A DNA stretch of 64,000 bases from Nitrospinaceae bacterium (GCA_965237905.1 OZ250172.1:1472001-1536000), one strand, 5' to 3'; counted from the stretch's first letter, positions 9,656 through 18,924 are shown. The notes: a model not told the origin generated them from the sequence alone. Numbers and translations: made by a program.

Positions 9656-10480
9656 TTACTGGGGCCGGGAAAGCAAATCTGAGGGTTCGTTTTCAGGAGA
9701 TATCCCATACTCACTGCCGGGAGGAGTGGTCGGTGCGGTCATGGCTTCGTGGGCGTGGGAATGATTGTCCGCCGGGAACCCGAACTCGTCGGGGTTCACC
9801 GTGTGCAGATAGCCGTGCATTTGCATCAGGAACAGCAGAGCGCCTGCCACGATCAATCCGTTGTTGGAGACGTTGCTGATTTGCAGAAACGACGGAGTTC
9901 GGCGAAACTTGAATAACAGGGCCACCATAATACACAGAGCCCCCACCTGCCCCAGCTCGATCCCCACATTGAAGGAAAGAATCCGCCAGATCAAACCGTC
10001 GTCTCCCAGCGGGAGTTGTTGCAGGCGCGTGGACAATCCGAAACCGTGAATGAACCCGAACAGGAAAACGGCCAGCAGAAGATTCGGGGATTTTTCGAAA
10101 TACTTTCGGAAGCCTCCGGTGTTTTCGAAACCGATATAGCAAACGCTGAGCGCGATCACCGCGTCGATCAAATAATAATTGGCGGTGACGCCCATGAGTG
10201 TGGCGGAGATCAGGGTGATGCTGTGGCCCACGGTAAACGCGGTGATGTATTTGACCACATCCATAAACGTGGTCAGGAAAAACACGATGCCGAACACGAA
10301 CAGCAGGTGATCGTACCCCGTCAACATATGGGTTGCGCCCAGCCACATGTATTGCAGATAACCGCCGTCCAGCATGGCCTGCTGGTCGGCCTCCGACATG
10401 CCGTGGGCCAACGCCTGGTGCGCAACCAGCAGCAGACCGCCTGCTCCTGCCAATTTGATTAAAGTCTTCGAATTCATCAT
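9656..10480 (-). CDS. HupE/UreJ family membrane protein (possible Ni/Co uptake)
   Basis: HMLTGYDHLLF, FTVGHSITL, FGFIHGFG, FNVGIELGQ; His-rich tail. Confidence 0.9.
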   Translation of the reverse strand: MMNSKTLIKLAGAGGLLLVAHQALAHGMSEADQQAMLDGGYLQYMWLGATHMLTGYDHLLFVFGIVFFLTTFMDVVKYITAFTVGHSITLISATLMGVTANYYLIDAVIALSVCYIGFENTGGFRKYFEKSPNLLLAVFLFGFIHGFGLSTRLQQLPLGDDGLIWRILSFNVGIELGQVGALCIMVALLFKFRRTPSFLQISNVSNNGLIVAGALLFLMQMHGYLHTVNPDEFGFPADNHSHAHEAMTAPTTPPGSEYGISPENEPSDLLSRPQ

Positions 10481-10620
10481 GATTCAACCGTTGATGACAC
10501 TCATCTCAGTGTAAGGCCATCCAGCAGGAATGCCAGTCATTTGAAGCTTTAGGAATTGAAAGGAACTGTATTTGGGGTAATAAGGCGATGAACGAGAATT
10601 TTCACACAAAAATAGCCAAC

Positions 10621-11291
10621 TCAGCGGGCATCATGTTTTTCGAGAATATCCACGATGTCACCCAGATCTTCGTGCTCCGCGATAAACAGGGGCGTGTATC
10701 CATTTTTCTCCTCGGGGTTGGCGTTTGCGCCTTTTTCCAGAAGCACCTGAACCGTCTCGCTCTGCTTTTGAGTCACCGCCAAATGCAAGGCCGTCATCCC
10801 ACCGGTATTTTCCTTAATCTCGGGGTCCGCTTTCTGATCCAGCAGTGCGGCCACGGCAGACGCCTGCCCCGCATACGCCGCCAGGTGCAGGGCGGTTCTC
10901 CCTTCCTTGTCGCGCAAATTGATCGGCGCCCCTTTTTCAACCAACAGGGGAATCACCTGATCCGCTCCGAGAAAACCGGCAAAATGTAACGCGGACATGC
11001 CATCCTGACCGGTCTCTTCCGGGTTGGCTCCCAATGCAGTAAACACGCGGGTCAGAGGGGAATCACCTGATCCGCTCCGAGAAAACCGGCAAAATGTAAC
11101 GCGGACATGCCATCCTGACCGGTCTCTTCCGGGTTGGCTCCCAATGCAGTAAACACGCGGGTCAGAAACGGGCTGTTCTGCTGGACCCCGATTTGTAAAG
11201 TGAGGACTCCTGCTTCGGTTCCTGAAAGGGTCAACCAGAGCACAAGGTACAAGCCGATCAGAAGGGCAAAAAACTTAGCGAATTTTTTCAT
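10621..11291 (-). pseudogene. Membrane-anchored ankyrin-repeat protein disrupted by a 110-bp duplication
   Basis: ORFs 11052..11291 and 10621..11046 share identical sequence; G.TALHLA and GYTPL repeats; removing one copy gives 186 aa. Confidence 0.85.
10946..11165. repeat. Exact tandem duplication, 2 x 110 bp
   Basis: 10946-11055 equals 11056-11165 (AGGGGAATCACC...GCGGGTCAG). Confidence 0.95.
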
Positions 11292-11494
11292 ATTAAATCC
11301 GTAGAGGAATTAGGGGCTCTGCTTTAGGCGGAAGGATACTACTGAAAAGGCCTGATCTGCAAGCCTTGTTATTGTGCCATCAATGGCACCCCTTTTCAAA
11401 TTGGAAACCGCTTTCGGAATATTTTCAGGAACCCGGTGGTCTTTATAGTGTAGGCTATAGGAATTCAAATCATCCGGTCATAAAGGAGAATCCC

Positions 11495-11785
11495 ATGTTC
11501 GTTCGTCAATTGTGGGTCCCGGGCATTTTGCTGATTTTGACTGTTGCGTTGAACGGTTGCGCGCAGTTCTCTAAAGAAGTGAAATTAGAGGATGTCGACA
11601 ATGCCGACAAGGTCCTGCAAACGGAGGAAATCCTGGCAATAGAAGACTTATCCCCGGCGATTCAGGAAACCGTGAAGGCCGAAGACATGAGTGGTGACGT
11701 CGCGGAGTGGGGCCTGGAAACCGAAGAGGAAGACGACCCCTATTTTTGGATGAGCCTTGGTTCTTCCCAGTGTTTTTTTTATTAA
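11495..11785 (+). CDS. Small acidic lipoprotein
   Basis: SD AAGGAG, ATG 11495, hydrophobic core, lipobox LNGC. Confidence 0.7.
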   Translation: MFVRQLWVPGILLILTVALNGCAQFSKEVKLEDVDNADKVLQTEEILAIEDLSPAIQETVKAEDMSGDVAEWGLETEEEDDPYFWMSLGSSQCFFY

Positions 11786-11854
11786 GAGCAGCGATTCCAG
11801 AATTTTTGGATTACCGTAGGTGTTTTTTGATAGCAAGTTTGAGGATATCTTGGC

Positions 11855-12256
11855 ATGGAGCTGGATGGAGTACATCACATCGGTCTTAACGTGCGCGACC
11901 TCGACCGTGCGGAGGCATTCTACACCGAAGTGTTGGGGTTCGAGGTCACCGAACGCTACGCGGAGAACATGCGCCATCTCATGCTGGCCTCCCCCGGCGA
12001 GCCGCCAGGAGCGGCAAAGGTCCACCTGTTTGAAGCCAAAGACCTGGATATACAAGACGCCCTCGCCACTCTGAGCGGACAGGGCTACGCCCACATCGCG
12101 TTCGGCACCACGCGCGAGCGATTTCCCGCCATTGTCGAAGAACTCAAAAAAAGGAAGGTCGATTTCAAAGGACCTTTGGTGATGGGCCAGGGCGAGTCCG
12201 TCCACTTCACCGACCCCGACGGCAATTCCCTTGAAATCCGCTGTCCCTCCGCCTAA
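11855..12256 (+). CDS. VOC/glyoxalase family protein
   Basis: HHIGLNVRDLDRAEAFYTEVLG, HIAF, FTDPDGNSLE. Confidence 0.92.
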   Translation: MELDGVHHIGLNVRDLDRAEAFYTEVLGFEVTERYAENMRHLMLASPGEPPGAAKVHLFEAKDLDIQDALATLSGQGYAHIAFGTTRERFPAIVEELKKRKVDFKGPLVMGQGESVHFTDPDGNSLEIRCPSA

Positions 12257-12900
12257 CCAGCCGACCGCTTCCTTGCGCGATGCGCTGCCGCTTTTGCACG
12301 GTTGCCACACACAGCCATACTGCACCAGCGACGGGTATGGTTCAGACTAACGTCGTGGAACCAGAGTGTGCAAGCCGAGCCTTCACATTTCTTCACAAGT
12401 TCAAAGTCAACACGACAGACCATGTCACCCATGGCTTCTGCAATCGGCAACAACAGATCATTCCGTGAAAGCCAACGCCGTTCCTGCCTCCAGCGCAACG
12501 CCGTAATGCTTATGTCATTGTCCGGTTGCGGCAAATTGTCAGCCTCTATCTGACGGTAGTTATTATCTCCGGCCAGAAGTTGATTGAGAGTAGTCAACTC
12601 ATCCAGCGCGGTTGACTGAAGTGGGCGGCTTGCATGATTGCCGACAAAACCCCGAAACCATTCTCTTAGCTCGCGCGCTTGAGCAGCGACCGCATCGAGT
12701 TCTTCCCGCGTTGCTTCTTTACGGAACAGGGTCAACACCCACGAGGGGATCAAGGAAGAGTGCTCGAGCCAGTCGAGGTAGTCGTAACCTTCGCCGATCC
12801 ACTCAATCTCTTTTCCCCAAGGGGAAGCAATACTATTCAGGAAATCCAAGGCACGGTCATCCGCCAGGAAGAACGGTGCCGGACGTGCATTTTGGGCCAT
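12253..12900 (-). CDS. ABATE / CGNR zinc-finger putative transcriptional regulator
   Basis: ALDFLNS, ARELRE, C....C...F.D.S.N..RRWCSMAVCGNRAK. Confidence 0.93.
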   Translation of the reverse strand: MAQNARPAPFFLADDRALDFLNSIASPWGKEIEWIGEGYDYLDWLEHSSLIPSWVLTLFRKEATREELDAVAAQARELREWFRGFVGNHASRPLQSTALDELTTLNQLLAGDNNYRQIEADNLPQPDNDISITALRWRQERRWLSRNDLLLPIAEAMGDMVCRVDFELVKKCEGSACTLWFHDVSLNHTRRWCSMAVCGNRAKAAAHRARKRSAG

Positions 12901-12958
12901 GATCGGTACCTCACAAATTTTCGCTTAATTTTCGTTAATCTAGTTCAAATTTAATTTA

Positions 12959-13034
12959 TAGTAACCTATAAATTAATACTTGATAAGTTACTATTTCACT
13001 AGTAACCTTTAAAATATATTTTTAACAGTTACTA
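12959..13034. promoter_or_regulatory. Two tandem palindromic operators TAGTAAC-N21-GTTACTA
   Basis: Copies at 12959-12993 and 13000-13034 with identical arms and spacing, in the divergent promoter region. Confidence 0.7.
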
Positions 13035-13223
13035 TTATCAACCCGTATTTCTACTTTTATTGACGATTTGGTTTTTTGATACGGGCCATTTCGCCCTGGA
13101 AACACACCACGCGGACATTGCAGCGATCATGCGTGGCTTTCTTGCTCGGACCGTGAGCCGTTCTGCTGCAGATAAGACTTTGTTGAAGTTCAACCCATAA
13201 ACCAACTTTTAAGGAGATTCATC

Positions 13224-14090
13224 ATGACTAAAACTATTCTCATAACCGGCGCATCGACAGGCTTCGGCCGTGACACCGCAGAAACTTTGGCGAACGCGGG
13301 CCACAATGTGTTCGCCTCAATGCGCGATCCAAAAATCAAAAACCGGGACCATGCCGAGGCTCTGCAAGCCAAAGGCATAGAGGTTGTCGAGCTCGATGTG
13401 ACCGATGCCCAATCGGTTGATCGGGCAGTCGCCGCTGTAGTGGCCAAGGCGGGTCGTATCGACGTTCTCATCAATAACGCCGGTGTCGCTTCTGCTGGAG
13501 TATCCGAAGCGTTTACGGACGAACAGGCGACTGCACTTTTTGATGTCAATGTCATTGGCCTGCACCGGGTAACCCGCGCTGTGTTACCGACTCTTCGCAA
13601 TCAGAAAGACGGCCTGATTATTAATATCGGCTCTGTCGTCGGTCGTGTCACCTTTCCATTTTTCGGGCTTTATGGCGCAAGCAAGTTCGCAGTCGAGGCC
13701 TTGACGGATAGCTATCGTTACGAGGTTTCTCAGCTCGGCGTCGATGTCGCTCTGGTGCAACCCAGCGCCTATCCGACTCAGATGTACAGTAGCGCGTCCC
13801 AGCCTATCGATATGGCGCGGGTGACGGAGTACGGCAAGGTCGGGGAGATTCCCGGTGCAATGTTCCAGAATTTCACGACTATGTTCGAAGCGTCGGATGC
13901 ACCGAACCCGCACGACATTGCCGAAGCAATTTTAGGGCTGATCGACGCTCCCAAGGGGACACGGCCCGCGCGCACAGTGGTGGGTACGAGCTTCGGTGCG
14001 GACACCCTGAACGATGCGACTGCGCCGGTTCAAGCGGGCGTAGTCAAGGCGCTGGGTCTTGACCATCTTGAGAACCTAAGAACAGCTTGA
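13224..14090 (+). CDS. Short-chain dehydrogenase/reductase
   Basis: TGASTGFG, NNAG, YGASK. Confidence 0.95.
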   Translation: MTKTILITGASTGFGRDTAETLANAGHNVFASMRDPKIKNRDHAEALQAKGIEVVELDVTDAQSVDRAVAAVVAKAGRIDVLINNAGVASAGVSEAFTDEQATALFDVNVIGLHRVTRAVLPTLRNQKDGLIINIGSVVGRVTFPFFGLYGASKFAVEALTDSYRYEVSQLGVDVALVQPSAYPTQMYSSASQPIDMARVTEYGKVGEIPGAMFQNFTTMFEASDAPNPHDIAEAILGLIDAPKGTRPARTVVGTSFGADTLNDATAPVQAGVVKALGLDHLENLRTA

Positions 14091-14098
14091 TTCTACAT

Positions 14099-14129
14099 TC
14101 CGGGACGACAGATCGTCCCGGAGCTTTTT
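14099..14129 (+). terminator. Intrinsic terminator-like hairpin after the SDR gene
   Basis: TCCGGGACGA/TCGTCCCGGA followed by GCTTTTT. Confidence 0.55.
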
Positions 14130-14154
14130 AACCTTAAAAATATAGGAGAAGAAA

Positions 14155-14373
14155 ATGCCACTCATACAAGTCAAAGTTTTTAAAGATGAGCTCAGTCAGG
14201 AACAATCCAGGGATTTGATCAATAAAATCACGGATGCGGTAACCGAAGTCACCAGTGAAAAATTGCGCGATGTCACTTGGGTCATCATTGATGAGGTGAA
14301 GAACGGCCACTGGGGCGTAGGTGGTAACGCGATCGGTCTCGATGATGTGAAAAACATGATGGCAACACATTAG
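14155..14373 (+). CDS. 4-oxalocrotonate tautomerase family protein
   Basis: Pro after the initiator Met; LI..ITDAV, TWVIIDEV...WGVGG. Confidence 0.9.
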   Translation: MPLIQVKVFKDELSQEQSRDLINKITDAVTEVTSEKLRDVTWVIIDEVKNGHWGVGGNAIGLDDVKNMMATH

Positions 14374-14398
14374 TGTCCTGGGAGCGCCCGGAAGGAAG

Positions 14399-14427
14399 AA
14401 TCCCCCCAACCCCCCTTTACAAGGGGG
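14399..14427 (+). repeat. REP-like repeat, copy 2
   Basis: AATCCCCCCAACCCCCCTTTACAAGGGGG, followed by a related CCCTCTCCTT/AAGGAGGGG hairpin. Confidence 0.75.
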
Positions 14428-14594
14428 AGTTTTTAACCTCCCCTGTTCCCTCTCCTTACCAAGGAGGGGGATAGGATGGCCTCCCTTATTTTCCGCTTAT
14501 TCAAAAGTGAAACCACCTCCTTATTATCTTTTAACGAACCGGAATTATCCCTTATAATAAAAGTCAGGGTTCGTTTCTCTCATAAGGAGGCATT

Positions 14595-15080
14595 ATGAAG
14601 TTCCTGAAAAAGTTTTTTCATACGGACGATTCCATCACGCACCTCATCCTTCGTGTCACCTTGGGCTGCGTATTTTTCTTCCACGGCGGGCAAAAACTGA
14701 TGGGCTGGTTTGGCGGCCATGGATTCGACGGCACCATGGGATATTTTACGCAAAACCTGGGCATCCCGGCTCTGATCGCTTTTCTGGTGATTATCGGCGA
14801 ATCTTTCGGGGCATTGGGATTGATCACCGGTTTTCTGACCCGGCTGAGCGCCGCTGGCGTGGCCTGCATCATGCTGGGCGCCATTGCCATGATCCATCAG
14901 GGCAACGGGATTTTCATGAACTGGGCGGGCCAGCTAACCAACTGGGAGGACCGGGTAACTGTTGAAGGATTTGAATATCACCTGTTGGCTCTGGCGATAG
15001 CGATACCTCTCATTATATACGGCGGCGGCAAGTTTTCCGTGGATCAGATCGTCGAGAAAAAGTTCCTCAATACAGCCTGA
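14595..15080 (+). CDS. DoxX family membrane protein
   Basis: [44 protein letters not shown]. Confidence 0.92.
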   Translation: MKFLKKFFHTDDSITHLILRVTLGCVFFFHGGQKLMGWFGGHGFDGTMGYFTQNLGIPALIAFLVIIGESFGALGLITGFLTRLSAAGVACIMLGAIAMIHQGNGIFMNWAGQLTNWEDRVTVEGFEYHLLALAIAIPLIIYGGGKFSVDQIVEKKFLNTA

Positions 15081-15107
15081 TCTTTATTTGAATGCCTAAA
15101 TTTTATA

Positions 15108-15137
15108 CCGTAAAAGGGGTGATTCCCCCTTTTACGG
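15108..15137 (+). terminator. Hairpin after doxX
   Basis: CCGTAAAAGGGG/CCCCTTTTACGG. Confidence 0.55.
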
Positions 15138-15300
15138 CCTGGTCTGGCCCTGAGATTTTAATTTTTTATATTTGTATGGACATTGCCCATTTATGTGCTA
15201 ATGTGGTGAATGAAAGTAGGGTTGTTAGAAGTCATTGAGTAGCGGATCATTGTGACCCATGTCTAGGGACAAGATTACAAGCGATTTTTTTTGACGGACC

Positions 15301-15328
15301 AGCCAACCTCTATGGTTGGTTTTTTTTT
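15301..15328 (+). terminator. Orphan intrinsic terminator upstream of the cold-shock gene
   Basis: AGCCAACC-TCTAT-GGTTGGTT followed by a T-run. Confidence 0.6.
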
Positions 15329-15443
15329 GCCTCCATCTGGCCTGCAGAAACCCTCCCAAGGACCCAACCCTTTTAAAACCGGTAAGGCACTTTCGGGAAA
15401 ATCCGGAATACGCCTTACCAATTGTCACCAATGGAGTATTTTT

Positions 15444-15644
15444 ATGTCAGTAGGTAAAGTAAAGTGGTTTAACGAAAGCAAAGGTTATGGTTTTATTGAA
15501 TCCGAAAATGGGCAGGACCTGTTCGTTCATTTCTCGGAAATTCAAGGTGAGGGTTTTAAAACCCTGCACGAGGGCCAGAACGTTGAGTTCGAAGAATCCA
15601 TGGGCCAAAAGGGTCCGCAGGCCTCGAAGGTCATACCTCAGTAA
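15444..15644 (+). CDS. csp: Cold-shock protein
   Basis: [37 protein letters not shown]. Confidence 0.97.
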   Translation: MSVGKVKWFNESKGYGFIESENGQDLFVHFSEIQGEGFKTLHEGQNVEFEESMGQKGPQASKVIPQ

Positions 15645-15661
15645 CGATGGTTTAATCGTTT

Positions 15662-15694
15662 TCCGGCAGGGCAACATGCCCTGCCGGAGTTTTT
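15662..15694 (+). terminator. Intrinsic terminator after csp
   Basis: TCCGGCAGGGCA/TGCCCTGCCGGA followed by GTTTTT. Confidence 0.75.
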
Positions 15695-15739
15695 AATCAA
15701 CGATAGGTGGCGCAAGGCACCGGAAGGAGAAGAGATACC

Positions 15740-15919
15740 ATGCATGAAGTTCGGGTATACGACAGTTCGGGTGCCTTAAAAAAAGTCATTTCCGAGAAAA
15801 CCTTGAAAGCAAGAGCCGACCGGCAGATCCTTTTCCCAGGCGGCTACGCCAAAGGCAAGAAAAAAGCCAAACCTCAGACCATCCCCGATAAAAAAAGCAC
15901 ACAGGCGAAATTGGCCTGA
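15740..15919 (+). CDS. Small basic hypothetical protein
   Basis: SD AAGGAG; MHEVRVYDSSGALKKVIS...; 59 aa. Confidence 0.55.
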   Translation: MHEVRVYDSSGALKKVISEKTLKARADRQILFPGGYAKGKKKAKPQTIPDKKSTQAKLA

Positions 15920-15970
15920 CTCACTGTATCCAATGTCCGCGGGGATTCCCCCGCGCGGTCACCGGTCAAA

Positions 15971-16159
15971 TCAACAACATTTGGAATTTTCAGTCCCGCA
16001 GAATTCCTTGCAGGCTTTCATCAAGTCCTGAAAGGCTTGCTTCTTTTCCGGATCTTTCGGCACCACTTCAATGCGAATACCCTTCTCCGTCTCCTCGACT
16101 TTGTATTCCAGCTTGTCTTTCATGAACTCACTCGAATGAGTACAACAACAATCAAACAT
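15971..16159 (-). CDS. Small Cys-rich protein (CCC...CxxxC...CC), possible metal(loid) binder
   Basis: SD AAGGAG; 7 Cys in 62 aa; last gene of the arsR operon. Confidence 0.7.
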   Translation of the reverse strand: MFDCCCTHSSEFMKDKLEYKVEETEKGIRIEVVPKDPEKKQAFQDLMKACKEFCGTENSKCC

Positions 16160-16199
16160 GGCAATCTCCTTTAATTAAAGGTTGGTGATTTATCCGGAT

Positions 16200-16661
16200 T
16201 TAACTGACTGGCAAAGCGTCGAACCCTCCGGACGGGCTGTCATAAAACACTTCGTTACCATTCACGCCGTCTTCCAGCACGTCCTTGTACAGGACATCCC
16301 AAACACCGTCTTCGTTCACGTCGACTGCATAGAACAGCGGATACCGTGCGGTGATGTAATAGAATCCCTCAGCGCCGTAGTCGACCCAGAACACCGGATG
16401 ACCCGGGTTGTAGCGACCCACCATTTCGATCGGCTCGGTGGAAATGTATTTGTCCAGCACAATACGGACCGTGAAGAAATCCGGCCGTCCGTTATGGTTG
16501 AGATCATATCCAACCGTCAGCATGCCGTTTGGCTCGAGGTTCCAGCCGACCCGTGCATTCATCGCCGGCTCGGCCTGCAGCATTTCGTTCCCCGACCAGG
16601 CGGGGGAGCCGAAAGACAGTAGGGCGATTATGAGAATGATGGAGAATACGATGCGTTTCAT
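16200..16661 (-). CDS. Secreted hypothetical protein with DxNxxG calcium-loop-like motifs
   Basis: Signal peptide; DLNHNGRPD, DVNEDGVWD; SD AGGAGG. Confidence 0.75.
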   Translation of the reverse strand: MKRIVFSIILIIALLSFGSPAWSGNEMLQAEPAMNARVGWNLEPNGMLTVGYDLNHNGRPDFFTVRIVLDKYISTEPIEMVGRYNPGHPVFWVDYGAEGFYYITARYPLFYAVDVNEDGVWDVLYKDVLEDGVNGNEVFYDSPSGGFDALPVS

Positions 16662-16680
16662 GATATCCTCCTTTATTTTA

Positions 16681-16702
16681 AAGTTCGATAACTATCGAAC
16701 TT
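16681..16702. promoter_or_regulatory. Perfect palindrome, putative ArsR operator
   Basis: AAGTTCGATA-AC-TATCGAACTT. Confidence 0.7.
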
Positions 16703-16717
16703 CTGTGATAAATTTTT

Positions 16718-17032
16718 TTAGCTCAGGAAGCTCTTTACAGCCTCCACCGACTCCTCATTCACCTGGCACATGAAGGTTTGCCCCTGGCGCGTGCAGGTAA
16801 TGAGTCCGGCATTCTGCAACTCCTTAAAATGATGGGATATGGTGGATCGTGATAGATCCAGGCATCCGCATGCCATGGTGAATGCCTTTTCGATGCCTTC
16901 GCAGCACCCTTGCCCATCTTTTTTAGCCCGGATCTCCTCCAGCTGGCACTGACCGTAAATCAGCCGGAACAGCTCGAGCCGGTGCTCATTCGATAATGCC
17001 TTGAAAACTTTAGCCAAATTCATCGTTTTCAT
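16718..17032 (-). CDS. ArsR/SmtB family repressor
   Basis: FKALSNEHRLEL, LSRSTISHHFKELQNAGLI...RQGQ; several Cys. Confidence 0.92.
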   Translation of the reverse strand: MKTMNLAKVFKALSNEHRLELFRLIYGQCQLEEIRAKKDGQGCCEGIEKAFTMACGCLDLSRSTISHHFKELQNAGLITCTRQGQTFMCQVNEESVEAVKSFLS

Positions 17033-17057
17033 GATAAATCAACCACCTTAATTCGAT

Positions 17058-17108
17058 AGTTCTATAGTTATCTAACTATAGTATAGTACCGCCACCCCCA
17101 ATTGTCAA
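17058..17108 (-). promoter_or_regulatory. arsR sigma70 promoter with overlapping operator
   Basis: TTGACA-17 nt-TATACT (17108-17080); AGTTCTATA-GT-TATCTAACT (17058-17077) matches the 16681 palindrome at 16/18 arm positions. Confidence 0.75.
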
Positions 17109-17130
17109 GGCCAGCACCGGAAAAATCCAA

Positions 17131-17832
17131 TTAACCACTTTTGGCCCGTGTGAACACCAGGAAATTCTGGCGCGGCAGGAAGTCGTGACTTTTGTCCAGC
17201 ACATACCCGGCGGCCTTAAACTCCTCAAGCAGGACCGTGCGTTTGGTGAAATGGCGGAACGCGCCTTCCCGGAAATCGAGGATCGCTATCCGTCCTTCGG
17301 GCTTGAGGTACCGAGCAGCGTTTTTGAAATAGGTGGCGCGGTCTATCAGATGATGGTACGCGTTGACCGAAAAAATGAGATCCACCTTTTCCGGAATCAA
17401 CGGATCGTGCCCCACCGCCAGAATAGTTTTCACGTTCTCCATCTGCTTGGCAACTGCCTGTTTATCAATGCTGGCGTTCATCTCTTCATCGATATCGACC
17501 GCGTAAACCTTGCCGGAGGAGCCCACCGCTTCCGCCAGTTGGAAGGTGAAGTAACCGGTGCCGGAGCCGAGATCCACTACCTTCATGCCCGGTTCCAACT
17601 TAAGAGCTTTGATCACCCGTTCGGGATACTGCCAGGTGTAGCGATCCGGCTCCTGGTAGCGAAGGTGTGTGCCCTCATCCACGCCAACGTGCTTGTGCTT
17701 GTGGCCGATCGAATGGGTGGGTGGCTCACTGAACATGCCACATCCCGCAAGCGCCAGTGCCCACAGAAACAAAACCGCCCAAACGCGGCAAGACCGATAC
17801 CTGCTTAACGAGTGCTTTCGATTAGTCATCAT
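17131..17832 (-). CDS. Class I SAM-dependent methyltransferase, predicted lipoprotein
   Basis: Lipobox LAGC; VVDLGSGTG, YAVDID, YHH, LKPEGRI. Confidence 0.88.
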   Translation of the reverse strand: MMTNRKHSLSRYRSCRVWAVLFLWALALAGCGMFSEPPTHSIGHKHKHVGVDEGTHLRYQEPDRYTWQYPERVIKALKLEPGMKVVDLGSGTGYFTFQLAEAVGSSGKVYAVDIDEEMNASIDKQAVAKQMENVKTILAVGHDPLIPEKVDLIFSVNAYHHLIDRATYFKNAARYLKPEGRIAILDFREGAFRHFTKRTVLLEEFKAAGYVLDKSHDFLPRQNFLVFTRAKSG

Positions 17833-17992
17833 TGCATTTCCTTCATTGGTTATTGATCGGGTTCTCTTCGAAGGGTCTACTGCCTGCCATAAGGGGAAAG
17901 GGAATGGTTTGGCTCCCTTGATATAAAAGTCTCATTCACGCCCGGAAAATTTTCTCATAGAGACGGGAGGATTCAAAATCAGAAAACAGCGG

Positions 17993-18172
17993 TCAATTGA
18001 CGCCATAGTTTCTGGGATAGTAGGCAGGCTGTTTCAGATAATATTGTTGATGGAGGTATTCGAAATAAAATTGGACCACGCCGTTCTGGAACGTGGGGAA
18101 TGAGGTCAACCCCCCGTGGCCGAGGGCGTATCCCAGAAACATGAAATAACGGACAATGCGGTTGGGAATCAT
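17993..18172 (-). CDS. Small aromatic-rich hypothetical protein (59 aa, below the ORF-track cutoff)
   Basis: Hand translation MIPNRIVRYFMFLGYALGHGGLTSFPTFQNGVVQFYFEYLHQQYYLKQPAYYPRNYGVN; GGAG just upstream. Confidence 0.4.
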   Translation of the reverse strand: MIPNRIVRYFMFLGYALGHGGLTSFPTFQNGVVQFYFEYLHQQYYLKQPAYYPRNYGVN

Positions 18173-18415
18173 GACTCCATCCGGTAAAAAGTTTTAACCG
18201 TTTTCAATGTATACTGCCTTCTCCTTCGGGTCAAAATTATATTTCCGGGATCAGAAAAATAGGCGGTGACCCACCTCCGGGGTAGTCAAATTTTCCACCA
18301 ATTGGCACCCTTCGGTTGATAAAGTATCCATCAGATTTTACCCTCCTTTCAGGGGAAACCTGTAAATCTTCATATTTAATGGCCTTCAGCGATCCAGTAG
18401 CCAGTCCTCCCGGCG

Positions 18416-18431
18416 TGGCACGAGTTTTGCT
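18416..18431 (+). promoter_or_regulatory. Sigma54 -24/-12 promoter
   Basis: TGGCACGAGTTTTGCT, consensus match, 42 nt before ATG 18474. Confidence 0.75.
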
Positions 18432-18473
18432 TTATTTTTCAGTAAGTTATAAGACTAACGGGGAGATGAAAGC

Positions 18474-18704
18474 ATGGCAGACTTAAAGCTGAAACGTGAA
18501 AAAGTGGATTATAGCGACGTGAACGAGCATCTGGATCAACAATCCAAACTGTATGAGCGGAATCTGCACATCAAAAATTCGCTTCGGATGCAGGAGTTGT
18601 TGAACGCAGAGTCGTTCCGAAAATGGAAAAAGCTACGCTCCGGCGGGCAGAATCCACCGGCGGATCTGGAACCGTCGGATCAGTTTAAAAATCAACGATC
18701 CTAA
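18474..18704 (+). CDS. Small hypothetical protein, sigma54-driven
   Basis: 76-aa ORF with SD GGGGAG and its own promoter. Confidence 0.6.
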   Translation: MADLKLKREKVDYSDVNEHLDQQSKLYERNLHIKNSLRMQELLNAESFRKWKKLRSGGQNPPADLEPSDQFKNQRS

Positions 18705-18726
18705 GCGATGTCCAATCCGGCAAGCC

Positions 18727-18921
18727 TTATTGATTCAAAAGATGAACGAGACTGCTGACGGCCCAAAGGGCGACCAGTGCCCAGAAGCCGGATACGGCGG
18801 TCTTGAAAAAAACATTTTCCCAATGCTTACTGAACCGGGAAGCCACGAAGGCCCCAGCGAACAAGATGAATAGTCCGGCGGTAATCATGTAATAGGGAAT
18901 GTTCCATCCGAACAGCGACAT
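18727..18921 (-). CDS. Small 2-TM membrane protein
   Basis: Two hydrophobic helices; starts 3 nt after ychJ. Confidence 0.6.
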   Translation of the reverse strand: MSLFGWNIPYYMITAGLFILFAGAFVASRFSKHWENVFFKTAVSGFWALVALWAVSSLVHLLNQ

Positions 18922-18924
18922 GGC

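Noticed and set aside
10946..11165. CRISPR array or natural ankyrin repeat unit
   Set aside because: Two abutting 110-bp copies with no spacer; the length is not the 99-bp ankyrin period
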